From contig MU058059.1 in the NCBI GenBank assembly GCA_013265495.1, forward strand, positions 3,759,502-3,819,501: 60,000 bases of DNA, written 5' to 3'. A program made the position numbers and the translations under genes. This DNA is from Vicugna vicugna (taxonomy: Eukaryota). Shown piece by piece: positions 22,165 to 35,259 of this stretch (positions are counted from its first letter, which is position 1; the number at the start of each line of letters is the position of its first letter). The notes beneath the pieces are model-generated. The model had not been told where the DNA came from. It saw only the letters and a list, made by a program, of their open reading frames with translations, and ran no database searches.

Positions 22165-22497
22165 GAGAGAGGGCACGTGAGAGACGGAGGCAGGAAAAGA
22201 CAGAGATACGACTCAGGGAGAGCAGAGACTTGGAGACAGAGGAAGACGTTCTGAGGGGAAGAAAACACCTGGAGAGACAACTGAGACGGGGAGAGGGAGA
22301 GACACAGGGACTCGGGGAGAAATATGAGAGAGAGAGAGAGGCAGAGATAGGGAGACAGACAGACAGATGAGAGCGATAAAGACAGAGAGAAAGAGAAAAA
22401 GAGGCAGAAACAGAGACAGAGACACAGAGAGAGACGGGAGACAGAGAATGAGAGAGAAATAGAGACAGGACGAAGAACAGAGTGGCAGAGGGGAGAC
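22165..22497. repeat. Long GA-rich degenerate microsatellite, (AG)n/(GAGACA)n
   Basis: About 330 bp of strongly purine-biased sequence, directly visible. Confidence 0.9.
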
Positions 22498-25400
22498 TCC
22501 GGTGAAGCCACAGCAGTAGCTACAGAGAACCCGTCCCAGGTGGGTGGGCAGCTCGGGGGACTGGAAGCAGGAACTGAAGGTGCCCTAGTTCTCCGGCGCG
22601 CCTGCTGTGTCGTCCCGGACTCCTCACCTTGCAGGACCCTCGCTGCCAAGCTCAAGTGTGATGTTGTAGGTGACTTGTTGCTCAGAAGATGCTGAAGGCC
22701 AGGGGTTCTGAGTAGGCCGTTCCTTGCTCCTTGGAGCCCTGGCCTGGGCGGTGGCAGGCATCCCGGGGTGGGGGCCGCAGGCCTCTGAGGCTCTGCAGTG
22801 CTCCGACACCAGCCACCTGGCTGCGAGGAGCACCTCTTTGCGTTTCTCTCTCATCCGTCTTGACAATCATCTTTAGAAAGCTTGCTAAACTGTGGCTGGA
22901 TTGAAACAGAAAACATTTGCAGCCACGTTCTTTTAAACGTTTTTGTTTGCTTGTCTGTTTATTGCCAGAACCACACAGCAAACCTTTGCACTGATTCTCC
23001 CATTCGTTATTTTTCATCTTGGAAGGTGAAAAAAAGTGGGGTTCTCACAGAAGACTCTGAGTTCAGCTCCAGTTCCCCCTTTGGGTAGAGTCAGTGTGAC
23101 TGTCTCCTCTGTGTGTATTCTTCCTGGCTGTTTGCAAAAACCACTTTCCAGGCTCTGGAAGATGCCCAGATGTACATCTTCTTGGTGAAGTTCCCAAGCT
23201 GAGGGGTTTGCACAATCAGATGACCCATGCGCCCCTGGAGAGTGCGTGCCTCACTTGAAACGCTCGCCCACATTTGGCATTTAGAGAATAACTGAAGTAG
23301 CTTTCATCCTTTTTGGCCTTGACAAAATCCATCATGCCTTTTCCCGAGCACTTTGCCCCTTAGTTTTTAAAGTCATGAATTTTCTCAGGGAAATGCAGTC
23401 CGTATGTTTCTGACTCATTTATACTCAGCCCATCAGACTGCTGTCTGCCAGAGTCGGGCGACGCTCAGGGCACCCGAGGAAAGTGTCCCTGACGCCACAG
23501 GTACAGGATGCACAGTGACCACCTCCCCCTGCTTCAGACCAGGTCTCCTCCCCTCGGAAGCTAACCTGTCTTGGGCTAAAGTGAATGCGTCTGTCCTTCC
23601 CTAGAATTTGTGACTGATCCCCTCCAAACCCCCTGAAGGACTTAATAAGAAAAACATGGGCTCATTTCCCACCTCCTTCCTCTCTACTTCCCTTTTCCTT
23701 AGAAAATGCTCAGTGTTACAAGTAGATCTGAGGAGACGGATAACTTTAAGGAGTTCTGCCTCAGTCTGATTACAGAGGTCCAGCTTGGTCTTGGGGTTCG
23801 GTGGGAATTGGGCATCTGCATCGATGCGACCCTTCTCTCCTTGGGGAAGGCAAATGTGCATCACAAATGAAGAATATACAGAACTGGGCTGAACTCAAAG
23901 CCAGCCTCCCCCGGGAACACCGCCAACTCGGACACAGAGTTCCCAGTCCGCCTTGATATGGAGAAGGCAGACCCCAGTGAAATACTCTGATACCTCAGGT
24001 GGATTTAAAACAAACACCCAGCTAGTTGTAGGAGCGGCTGCCCGTCCTTGGGTCTACAGGACTTTCCATGTCGGCTTCTAAGCGCTGAACCACGAGGAGG
24101 CTCCACTCTCAGGACTGCTGCCCAGGGCCCAGCGAGATCCTTAGTCATCACAGAAAAATTCAGTTGTGTTCAGTTCTGCGACAGGAAAATGAGGGCCTGC
24201 ACATGTTTTAGAGATGTCTTCCGTATGGAGGAGGGAAACACCCAAAACTTCTGGGTAAAACAAACAACTCCCCAGAATTCAAGTTTCCGTAACATACTGC
24301 TGCCTCCAGTACTCAAAAGCAAAGAACGGTAGACGTCACCGTGCATTGCTTGCTTCCTGTGAGCCAGGAATTTCACGTGCCTGATGGTAAGCCTCAAGGT
24401 CCTACCAGTTCGAGGGCTGACGTCGCCTCCGCTGAACAGGGTAGGGGGTCGAAGGCCTGGTGGAGGTGGACCGTTAGCTAGAGGCGGCCTCCTACACCTC
24501 GCTGCTTCTTCCAAGGTCGTTCCTGTAGAGGCGTGGGGAAATGTGATGGCACATGAAATGCCTTATCATAGCGCCTGCTCGTGGCCGCAGGCCCTGCAGT
24601 AGGTGAATCCGAGTCTGTAAACAGTTTAAATCTGATCAAGGAAATGTTTTCGTCTTCAAGGGATGGCCGTTTTGGTTTTCCAATATGTGGACGGGCTTCT
24701 AGACACGATCGAGTTTCCCTTTTCTTTTTGTTTGCTGGACTTGTTTGGCATTGGTGATGGAATCATACTGGATTTAAACGCATCCGACTGCACACGGCCG
24801 GAGACTGTTCTGTGAAGTCAAGCTGAATGCATACTGAGGATGGTCCTCAGCCTTCCTGCTGCTGGTCAGTCCAGAAGTCCTGGGGAGAAGAAGCCCTGTC
24901 CACCCTGCTTCTAGGTCCCTTAGAGAAACAGATGTTTAGATACACCCGCTCCAAAGCGCAGCCCAAAAGAAAATCCTGCTGAACGTTTTTCAGTCCCTTA
25001 AAGTGGGTGTGGGTTTTGAGAGATGGTCCTCTCAAAGAGCTGGTTTTCATCTTGGCTGAACTGAGGGAAACCACCGTGGTTACTTATCAGCCTGATTATT
25101 TTTCAGTAGTAAAATAACTCGGAGAAAAATTCATGGCCGGTGTTAGGTGCCCGGAGATTGCTTGTAAATGCTGACTGTGTCCCCACTGGAAGCGTGGTGC
25201 CAAGGAACACCGATTTTATGGCTCCCGCGTGTGGGCGGCAGGTCCTGCTGGCCACGGCCAGTTGCAGGAAGTCAACAAGGAGGGAAAGTTGAAAAGTATT
25301 GGATTTTTGATGTTCTGTTCTAGCTGGAGGAGCTGAGCCAACTGTAGCATGTGCGAGACAGAGAGATGGCTTCTGCCCCCTGCCCCAGCTCCCTCAACAT

Positions 25401-28024
25401 CTGTGCTCCAGGGTGTGTCTCAGAGCTAGACTGGGCCTCCCACTGCCCTTAGCCCTTTCAGACGAGACCCAGATGACCACAGCATGCACGGTTTGGACCT
25501 TTGTGAAAAGCAGTGTGACCTGCTCCCTCCAACGACGACACGACATGGTAGTTAAAGTTCCCAGAACGTGTGGCCCCTCTCAGTCAGCGGGAAAGTCCTA
25601 CCTCAGCACTGACCTCAAGTATAACGAGTCGGTGCCCTTTAATGGGGCTCCAGGCGGGGCCTCGATCTTCCTGCAGCAGAAGAGCAACTTGAAATTATGC
25701 CAGGTTGCTTTTGATGACAAGAAAAAAACAGATCTGCTTCTACTGCACTGGGCTCTGTGTCCTCCCCTCTCACATTCCTGGGCATTCCCGGGTGAGGGGG
25801 ACACATGTGACAACTTGAGGGGAGGACAACTCCGTGGGAGGGAGACATGTGGAAAACACAGCAGAAGGCAGAGGTGGATCCCCCACATCCTTTTGTTTTA
25901 ATTTGGAGCGCACGTGAGGGAGATGTCGGTCCTCTCAGCCTCCCGGTGCTCGGGTGCCCAGCCCACACCATGCATACTGCCGCGTGCTTGCTCCCGAGAT
26001 GAGGGAAGGATGGGGGCAGCTGCTGAGAGGAGAGTAAAGCAGGGGACTTGTAAGTCTCCTTTAAGTGGTACCATCTTGAGCAAAGCCAAGCCTGAGTTAT
26101 GTAAGAGCTGGCCAGGTGCCCACATCTGGCAGTGGTCGGATTGTTTTGTAACAGGCGCTGTCCACACGCCATGTGGCCTGGGTCCGCCCTGGAAGGAGAG
26201 CCACTTGTGGGGGGTCTCTGGGGTGGGCGGTCAGACAGGCGCCCAGGCCTGGGGGACTGTTTCCGGGCACTTGGCCTCCCAGTGTGGCCAGGTGACAGGG
26301 TCCTGTCCTCCCTGTGAGGATGTCACCAGGATCGATTCAGCCCCCGACTCCTTCCTGCCTGAATTGAGAACCACGTCTCTGCTCAGGGGTCAGATTTGGA
26401 AATCAGGTTTCCTTCAGGTCTCCAAAGTTTCTCAGAGGAAATAAGATCCTTTCCTGTGTCTGTGATTGTCTTCTTTCTGTGTAGACCCCTCCCTGCACCC
26501 TTCGCCCCCTCCCCCATGGTGCAGTGGGTCCTTCAGAAAACATAGCGTTGTGCTGACTCTCCAGTTACTGCTTTGGGGCCTGGACACTGCAGGGCTGGGG
26601 TCCTGGCTGGGGGTCCAAGGGCACAGCCAGCCGCAGCCCTGCGGGCTCTGTATGTCGGGGCGCATCTTACAGACCAGGGCTAGCTTGGCCTGGTTTCTAC
26701 AGTTCCAGCTCACCAAACCCTGCAGTAAACGTGGAAATGCAGGTGTTCATTCTCTTCCCAGTGGAACAAAAGAGACAGACGTGCCAGGTGAGCATTCGGG
26801 GGGCCTTGTGATGCAAGCCCCTGGCCTGGCGCTGCTTCCTAGAAGAGACCAGCAGCAGCCGCGGGCAGCGTGCCCACTGCAGGCCGGCCTCAGGCCCCTG
26901 GAGGCACAGGGCTCCACAAGAGGACAAGGTCTGGGGGCCTCTTTTCAGAACCAGGCCTGAAGCATCCGGCATGATTTCGATTTGTTCATAAGAACAACAC
27001 AGTTGGTTCCTGTTAAGTCAGTAGCATTTGAATTGCTTCTCAGATGTTTAGCTTTTTCAGGGTCCTTTAGGACATGGCCGCCTGCCCGCGGCATTCCTCA
27101 GGGACTGGCTGCCTCTGCTGTTCCCTGCAGGCCGTAGACAGAGGAGAGACGGAGAGGGGAGAGCCGAGGTGGAGAGGAGTCCTGCTCAGCTCTGATTTTC
27201 ATTGCTCATCGCATACTTCCTCGCTGAAGGGCTTAGCTGCTGCTTTAAAAGACACTTTCTGTGTTTTCTCATTCCTAGAGTGTCTATTTCCCATAAAAAG
27301 TCATTTTGGAATCTGACTTCAGCTTTGACTCGATGGGCCTCTCCTAGCAGGGGCCCTTTCCAGTGGGCGGGTGAGAGCTCCCGCCGCAGCCTCTGGCCCA
27401 GCCGGAGAGGCTCCGCAGACAGACGGCCACTGGGGCAGGAGGCGTGGGCAGCAATGCAACAGGCATTTTGTATGGAGCTGCCTGGCCTCCGCACTCCTGT
27501 ATCTCTGGACTGTGGAAGCCCCCTTCAGCCTCGTGCCTTCCACTTTGGAGTGCCGCCCCAGGAAAGCTGTGAGAGGCCAGTTGCAGGCCCGTGGGGCGTG
27601 CAGGTTGCAGGTGCTGTTTGCTGTGGGCCGGGCTTCCTTACAGATGGCCCTGGTTGGGGCTGAGGGTGCCAGGGATGGGGAGGAAATGATAACATGGCTA
27701 GGAGAAGCATCAGTCTCTTCTGTTGGGTGCTTCTTTAAACTGGGCACTGGTTTAGGCAGAGCGCCTGTGTCTGTTTTGCTCCGACCCCCAGAGGCGTTTT
27801 CTCAGATGTGACTCCCAGCCAAGCAGAAGAGAAATGGTGTGCTGTGTTTAGTCGGGACTAATGTGGGCCTCTCTCTGCATTTGCAGGCTAGCGACCTACA
27901 GAGGGGTTGAAGCAAATACCACATGGCATATGTAGCAAGATGCTTAGAGCAAGGGCCTTAGACTGAGAACAGGGTGGGAGTCACACCCCATGTCACACGG
28001 AGTGCCCTTTATTAGTGGTGAGGC

Positions 28025-28180
28025 CCCAGGGAACCACTTACTAAGCCTTGGTTTCCTGACTGTAAAAGGGACATGACAGTGCTTGCATCAGAGGGTAGCT
28101 GTGAGCATGCCCTGACACAGAGCACGGAAGGTGCGCGGCGCTGTGGTGAACGCTTAGTGACAATGGTGGTGTGCTTACTG
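28025..28180 (+). mobile_element. MIR SINE
   Basis: CACTTACTAAGCCTTGGTTTCCTGACTGTAAAAGGGACATGACAGTGCTTGCATCAGAGGGTAGCTGTGAG. Confidence 0.6.
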
Positions 28181-28514
28181 CCACTGCCCCGGGGTCCTCG
28201 TTAGGTGTTTGAATCACGAATGAAAGCTTTCCCCTTAAATACGGACCTAGAAAATAAAAACAAAGCCCACGAGGCACCTGAAATCCTGCCTTCGCCAGGC
28301 CTCCGTCCTACATCTCAGTTCTGGCGTTCAGCGTCTTGAAAACGGGTTTGACTGGCTCTAAGGGGCTCACAGGCAGAGCACCCCTGGGGAGGTGGAGTCG
28401 GAAAGCCGCCGTTGAGCATTTCAGCAGCGACTCCGGGACAAAACACAAAGGACGCTTACACTGAGGGCACCTCAAACCCAACATTATTCCCAGTAAACCT
28501 TGAGCTCGAACTCT

Positions 28515-28538
28515 GGAGCCGGAGCCGGAGCCGGAGCT
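28515..28538. repeat. (GGAGCC)x3 plus one variant unit
   Basis: GGAGCC GGAGCC GGAGCC GGAGCT. Confidence 0.9.
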
Positions 28539-29946
28539 CCCGGAATGGAAGCTCGGGTCTTTGGCAGGCATCCTGTGCCAGGTGTGTGAAGACTTTCCTC
28601 TCTGGGGATCCACAGCAGAGATGTGGGATGAAAAGGGACACGGAGACTGGGGACTGAGCTGGGGCTGCTCAGTGTTCTGACTACATTTGAAGAATTCTGC
28701 TTGGTGGAACCCCTCGAAAACCTACCGTGTGAGCCAGTTTTGCAGGCAGTTTTAGGGCTTACGATGGCTGATGGGCCCAGCCGTGGGGTGGGTGGAGTCC
28801 TTCCCGTCTCGGTGACGAGACAGTAGAAGCGAACATATATTCCTTCAAAACCCTCTGACTTTTGAGATATGCTAAAATTATGATTGAAGGTTACATGAAA
28901 ATCTTTAGATTATCTTTATGAAGCTTCTCCCAGAGCCACCAAGTTGGCTGTGAAGGGAGGTCAGAGGTTACGCCTGCGAAATTCACCTGCCGTCGGGGGT
29001 CTGTCCCCTCACTGCCCTGCTCACCTTGAGGGATGTGAACATCTCTCGCTTTCTGCCTCAGGAACGTGGACAAAGACGCCCTCCTGCTTCCCGGCCGTGG
29101 GGTGGAGGGTGGAGGGTGGGCACAGTGTGAGGTGAGACTTGATGAAAGCTGAGGGGTGGCAGAAACGAGTCGAAGTATAGAGGATGACACGTGACTGGTT
29201 CTGGAAAGAGGACCTGCTGCTGGACCTGCCACCCAGCGAAGGGGGCGGAGGGCTTGTCGCAGCGCCCCCGACTAGCCCCATGCCACACAGGGTGGCCCGA
29301 CTCGAGCTGTGCTGGGGATACACACGGCACGGAGCGGGCAGCTGGTTTCCTCAACACCTTTGCGGCTTTGCTGGGGCCTTCTGTGGCCACGAAGGGACCT
29401 CTGCTTCAGAGGGACTGAGAAAAAGGGTTTGGAAGCGTCGCCACTAGCTGCAACAGAAAAAGCACCAGCTAAAGTGGGGATTAGGACTGAGCAATAGGGC
29501 TGCACTATCTCAGCCCTCAGAATGGCAGTAAATCGACAGAAAACCAAATCAGGCCGCCGCTAGGGCCCCCTGCACCCCCAGGCCAGCCTCATTCTTTGGC
29601 TTCTGGGGTTGCAGAGCTCTATCTCAGTCATTAGTAAGTTCGAAGACTGCTTGAGAAATACTGGTGGCAAGTATTCTCCAAGCAAAGGAAGCCAGCTGGC
29701 CGATGTCCAGGCAGAGGCATTGAGCTAGTGTGAGTCTCACGCTGTGTGCACCTCTCTGACCGAGGGGCCCCGGCGGGAAGTGCCCTTTGTTCCTGGGTCT
29801 GCCCGCTTCACAGTCTTCCTTCCGGCACTTCCTGAGTTTGTTCTCGGCCTGAGGCTGCCTGGAGGGAGAGTCCTTGGAGGAGCTGGGGCTGCTTTCCTCA
29901 GCTCTGCCTCAGGGGCAGGGGCAGTGGAAGTGACACGTGGAGCCTC

Positions 29947-30412
29947 TTTTTTCACTGAAGTTCAGTTGATTTACATCGTTGTGTTAGTTTCAGGTGTACA
30001 GCAAAGTGATTCAGTGACGCACACATACATACATTCTTCTTCAGATTCTTTTCCGTTACAGGTGTCACAAGATATTTAATACGGTTCCCTGTGCTGTACA
30101 GTAGGACCCTGTTGTTCACCTATTTTGTGTATAATAGTATCTGCAAATCTCGAACTCCCAATTTATCCCTCCTCACTTTCCCCCCAATACTCATAAGTTT
30201 GTTCTGTCTGTGAGTCTCTTTGTTTCGTAAGTAAGTTCATTCGTATTGTTTTTTAGAGTCCATGTATAAGTGATATCATGACATTTGTCTTTCTCTGCCT
30301 GACTTACTTCAGTTAGTGTGATGATTTCCAGGTCCATCCATATTGCTGCAAGTGGCATTATTTTATTCTTTTTGTTTGTTTGTTTTTTCATTTTATTCTT
30401 TTTTATGCCTGC
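29947..30412 (-). mobile_element. L1 3' end (artiodactyl-type 3' UTR plus last ORF2 codons)
   Basis: Minus-strand translation IMPLAAIWMDLEIITLTEVSQAEKDKCH matches the ORF2 C-terminus. The UTR is collinear with the 44164-44820 copy. Confidence 0.92.
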
Positions 30413-33400
30413 GTTGAAAAGGCACTTCTTGATCCCACTTCCTTCCCCCTCTGGAGCACAGGTGTGGTGGTCAGCCGTGTCTGTGTAGAGTGGGTAACAC
30501 ACAAGTGGGGCCTACTAACGGGGGTCCCCCTCCCTCTGGGACTCACGAACGTGAATGGCAGGAATACATCTTGCCTTCACTAACCCCGGTCTGGAATCTA
30601 GCTCCTTCATTCTTGGATGTAGGCAACTGAATACTGGTGTCAGCAGAAACTGATTTTTACCACCAGTAGAGTTAAGGTAATTTCATATTGCAGCTCTGTT
30701 TTTGTCAGCATCCTGAAATAGTTATACTCATCTTATCCTCAAAATTATAACTGCTGCTCTGCCTGCTGGGAACCTGGCCACTTAATGTGCAGGTGGAAAA
30801 GCAGGTGAGACTGCAGGGACACCGTGACACTGGCATCGGGCTCTGGTGTGAGTGGTTTCGCTTGTGATCTCCTGAGTTTAATCTCACGCACTTAAAAACA
30901 TTATTCTAAAATGGAATCCATCACCTGTATCAGGCTGCTGAAGGGACCTTTGGGGTGAGTGTGTGTGCAGTGAGACGGGGGCACCCCCCATTGAGCCCCC
31001 TCAGGTGACAGAGAAGCAAACGGCTGTGAGCCCACCCGGCCTTACATCTGCTAAGTGGAGGCCTTCTCCAGTGGGTCCTGCGAACTTTCGCTCAGAAACG
31101 GTCCCCTTGGTCCCACTGCCCTGTGCTTTTTTATGTATCACAATTCCCCAGGAGCTGTCAGGAGCCTAGGTTTTTTTTAAAGGTCACTTTTAAAAGGTTA
31201 AACTGCACGCATACTGCCTTCTGAAACCTTTTTCTACAGTCACCACGTGGCCAACCTCCCCTCTGGGTGGACACTTTCCCAAGGTTCAGAACAAGGGCAC
31301 ATCCCTGACCCCAGTGTCCTGCCGTGTGCCCCTTGGCCCCCTGTTCAATCCTTCTTGGCTTGTTTACTGCTCAGGGAAATTGCCAAACACTCTTTGGCTT
31401 AAAATATTTTTTTCCCTGAATTGCACTGACATGCCCTCCAATCCACAGTGTTGTCTGTGTCGTGGGTCCAAATTCCAGAAACTCACTTGGCTGGAGGCAG
31501 CGCTGAGCAAAGATAGTTCTGAGGCCTGAGGCCCAACTGGTGCCTTCTGTCTTTTCTCTCTCCCCCCTCACCCCCTGTCCCCGGTTCCTTACACGGACCA
31601 TCTGGGGAGTATCTCAGGACACTTTTAATGGTTCAGAGAGACGGTTTTCCAAGAAGGGCAGGTCTGGCCTGGTGGGGTCAATCCAGTGAGCTTTCTATAG
31701 GCCGCAATGCCTGCCAGTTAAGACACATTATTGTTTATTATACTCTGTGTGCAGAGGGCGTGGGTGACCTCACACCTAACCAGGAGGGACCGACTGGCAC
31801 CATTTCAACACTGTGAACATTACAGACAAAACAGAAAGTAACACAACCAACCACAGCGGCCTCGAGAGGCCAGGGAGAATCAGAGGGCCAGGGCCATTGT
31901 CCCCCTAGATGGACTGTGGTGCCTGGTCTGTAAGATGACCAGACTGGCCTGAGCAAGTTTCCAGGTCCCCGCCAGCTGGTGGTCTGTGATCCTACACCTC
32001 ATTCCCCAAGGCAGACGCAGCCATAAGACCGGGCCTCAGGCCCAGGCATCAAAGCTGTGTGCTCACTTTTCCTGCCCCCCCACCCCCATCCCAGCAAATG
32101 CAAGTTGGCACTACAGTCACAGGCAGCTCAGACGGGAAAGTGGAGATCACTGTGGAGAGCACAGAGCGGACCTCAGATGGGAGCCCCTGCAGGCCCCTCC
32201 CCTGCTGGGGAGGAGGCCTAGCTTGCAGGGGATGGTTCAGGCTCACGGAGCACAGCCTGGGGGCCGAGGCCTATAATCTCCTCCCTCTCCAGACCAAGTC
32301 CTCCCACCAGCTGAGAGAGCTTTCTGAGTGAGCCAGAAGCTTGTCTACAGAGTGGTGAGGGGACTCTTTCCACAGGTCCTGTTGTGAGGGGCCGGGGGGG
32401 TGGGAGGGAGCCTTGCAGAAGGACAGAGGACTAGGGCCTTACGGTGCAGGGGAGGGGGCCCTCCAGGGTCTGCCTGAAGCTGCCTGCCCAGCATTCAGGG
32501 CAGGGAGGGCTTTGCCTGCGCACAAAAACGGGCCCAGGGCTCTGTTCACCCAGAAGACACATGTGGTCCCATTCAGATATCTTTTGGATCATAATGTAGT
32601 TTCCTTTTGTTGTTTGGTTTGTTTGTGTTTGTTTTTGAAGAATGCACATTTCCTGTGTTCAGGGTTGTCCAAACACCCCTGTGCACTGCCCTTTCCAGGT
32701 GAGCGTCCTTTGAAGGCACCCCCGGCCCTCACCTGCCCACCGCTCCCCCCTCCCACCCCAAGCAGAAGCTCTCGATAGCCTCACAGTGGGGTTTTGGGGA
32801 GCATTTTCTATTTTTTAGAGCTGAGAGCCTTTGGGAATCTTTCTCTTGGTGGGTTTACAGCCTTGAAGGCTTTGTTCTGAAGCAGAAAAATCCACCCTGG
32901 AAAAAAGAGCAAGCTTTTGGGAGTAATAAAAATTTAGGAGCTCAGATATGCCAAATGAAAAATGGGCTGTCTGGGAAAGGCGGGGTGGAGACCTCCACCT
33001 GTGGCTTGATGACATGACCCCGGGGGCACCTGGCATCACCTGTGTCCCAGCACGCACGCCACCCTGTCAAGGACAGGAGAGAATGTCTCTCCATGAAATG
33101 GTGTCTGCTCTGCCTTTGTCAGGTGGGTTAGTTAGCTGCTGTGTAGGAAGTCCAGAGAGAGGAGTCCCTGCCATCAGGAGTGAAGCCATTATATTTCTAT
33201 GTAAATTTCATCCTGAAAATTACCAGCACCCGCCACTCCTCCCTGCAGTTCCTGCTGAAAGCGCTGCCTGGGGCGGGGGCGCGTTCCCTCAGCTGGGCTG
33301 CTTCTGCCGCCTCCACCCAGTGGCGCCAACGTGGGGTGTCCGTGAGGGGACAGTGTCCAAGGACGGTTTCTGCCGTCCACTCCCTTCCTGGACATGCATC

Positions 33401-34094
33401 CCTGCTGTTTCTCGCATCCAGCTGAAGGGAGCTCTCTGTCAGAAGGGCCACTGGGTACTTGCCCTCCGCCAGAGAAGGAACAACAGTGAGCACAGGCCCC
33501 AGCAGTAGGGGCACCTCGTCTCCTCCTTGCCCTCCTGCTTGCCCACAGGGTGAGTTCTGTCCCTGCCCGCGCGGGTGTCTGGCCTCACACTCTCTGTCTT
33601 TTCACCTCTCTGTTTCTCCCTCACCCTGAACCCACCTTCGGGCTACACGCCTTCCCTCATCCCCTCTCCTTGCAGGTGGTGAACGAACCTGGGGCTTACC
33701 TGACCCACCACACTCTCCCTTGGGCTTCTGGGTGCTCTGTTCTCTACAAGGTGCAGGGCAGGTCACAACTGTACATGTGTCTGGGGGGCCGTGACCACCC
33801 TGAACCCCAACTCTCCTCTTCAGTGTATCCCAAAGTCTCAGCTGAAGAAAAAGGAATTGGAAACTTTGCTTTGATCTCTGGTCAAATGATCTGTTGATCA
33901 TCTGAGGTTTGGATCCCGATCTGATTCCTGTGCCTACTTTTCATTTGTTCGGAATCTGCAGGAAGACTGAAATTAATCATGGCTAAGTTTTACTGCGGAT
34001 TTACTACGTGCCAGGAAAGCGAAGAGTTGGAGAATTTAGGTAAAATACACCACGTGACTGGCTGGTCAGTGGTGGAGCCATGCTCGCAAGAACT

Positions 34095-35259
34095 CAAAAC
34101 GAAACAAGTGGGCCATTTCAAACTACAACCTCCTGCAGAGTGAAGGAAACTATCAGCGAAATGAGAAGGCAGACGAATGAACGGGAGAGGATGTCTGCAA
34201 ATCGTGTATCTTAAAAGAGGTTAATATCCAACAATGTAAAGAACTCATCCAACTCAATAGCAGAAGACCAAACAATCCAATTTAAAAATGGGCAGAGGAT
34301 CTGAATAAACACTTCCCACAGAAAGCATACTGATGGCCACCAGACACATGAAACAGTGCTCAGCATCACGAATCGTCAGGGAAACGCAAACTAAAACCAC
34401 AGTGGGACACCGCCTCACGAGGGCTATCAGAATGGCTGTCATCAAAAGGACAACAAATAACAAGTGTTGGCGAGGATGTGGAGAAAAGGGACCCCTTGTG
34501 CCCTGTTGGTGGGAATGTAAATTGGTGCAGCAACTGTGGAAAACAGTGTGGAGATTCCTCAGAAAATTAAAAGTATATCTACCATTTGATCCCAGCAGTT
34601 CTGCTTCTGGGTATTTACCAAAAGGAAATAAAAACACTAACTTGAAAAGGTGTCTGCACCTCCGTGTTTGTAGCAGCACTATTTACAATAGCAAGACAGG
34701 GAAACAGCCTAAACGTCCTTGGGTGCGTGAGTGGATGGAGTGTGGGACACCTACGCAACGGACTGTACTCCACCACACTAGAGAGCACAACCCGCCTTTC
34801 CCGACAACACGGACGGACCCTGAGGGCATTATGCCAAGTGAGATAAGTCAGAGAAGGACAAATACTGTAGGAGCTCACTTATGTGTGGAATATAAAGAGG
34901 AAACAAAACTCATTTATATAGAGAACAGCTTGGTGGCTGCTAGAGGCTGGAGTGGCGGGTGGGTAAAATGAAGGGGGTCAAAAGGTACAGACTTGCAGTT
35001 ATGAAACAAGTCCTAGGGATGGGATGTATAGTGTGGTGACCATAGTTAGTAGTATCTTTTTGCACATTTGGCAGCTGCTAACAGAGTAGATCTGAAAAGT
35101 TCTCATCACAAGGGAAGAAAAGTTCAGTAATTAGGGGAGGCGGAGGATGTTAGCTAGGTTATTACGGTGATCGTTTTGCAATATACACAGATACAGAACA
35201 TTATGTTCTACACCAGAAACTAACACTACAGATGTCAGTTATACTTCAATTAAAAAAAA
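34095..35259 (+). mobile_element. Older L1 (L1MA9-like) 3' ORF2 plus 3' UTR with A tail
   Basis: Decayed ORF2 peptide [38 protein letters not shown] motifs AAAAGGTACAGACTTGCAGTTAT and GAGTAGATCTGAAAAGTTCTCATCACAAG, ending ATACTTCAATTAAAAAAAA. Confidence 0.92.

Noticed and set aside
34333..34971. 212-aa ORF with a CWRGC...CWWEC motif
   Set aside because: Decayed L1 ORF2 C-terminus. The CCHC His is replaced by Pro and the frame drifts out of ORF2 homology midway.
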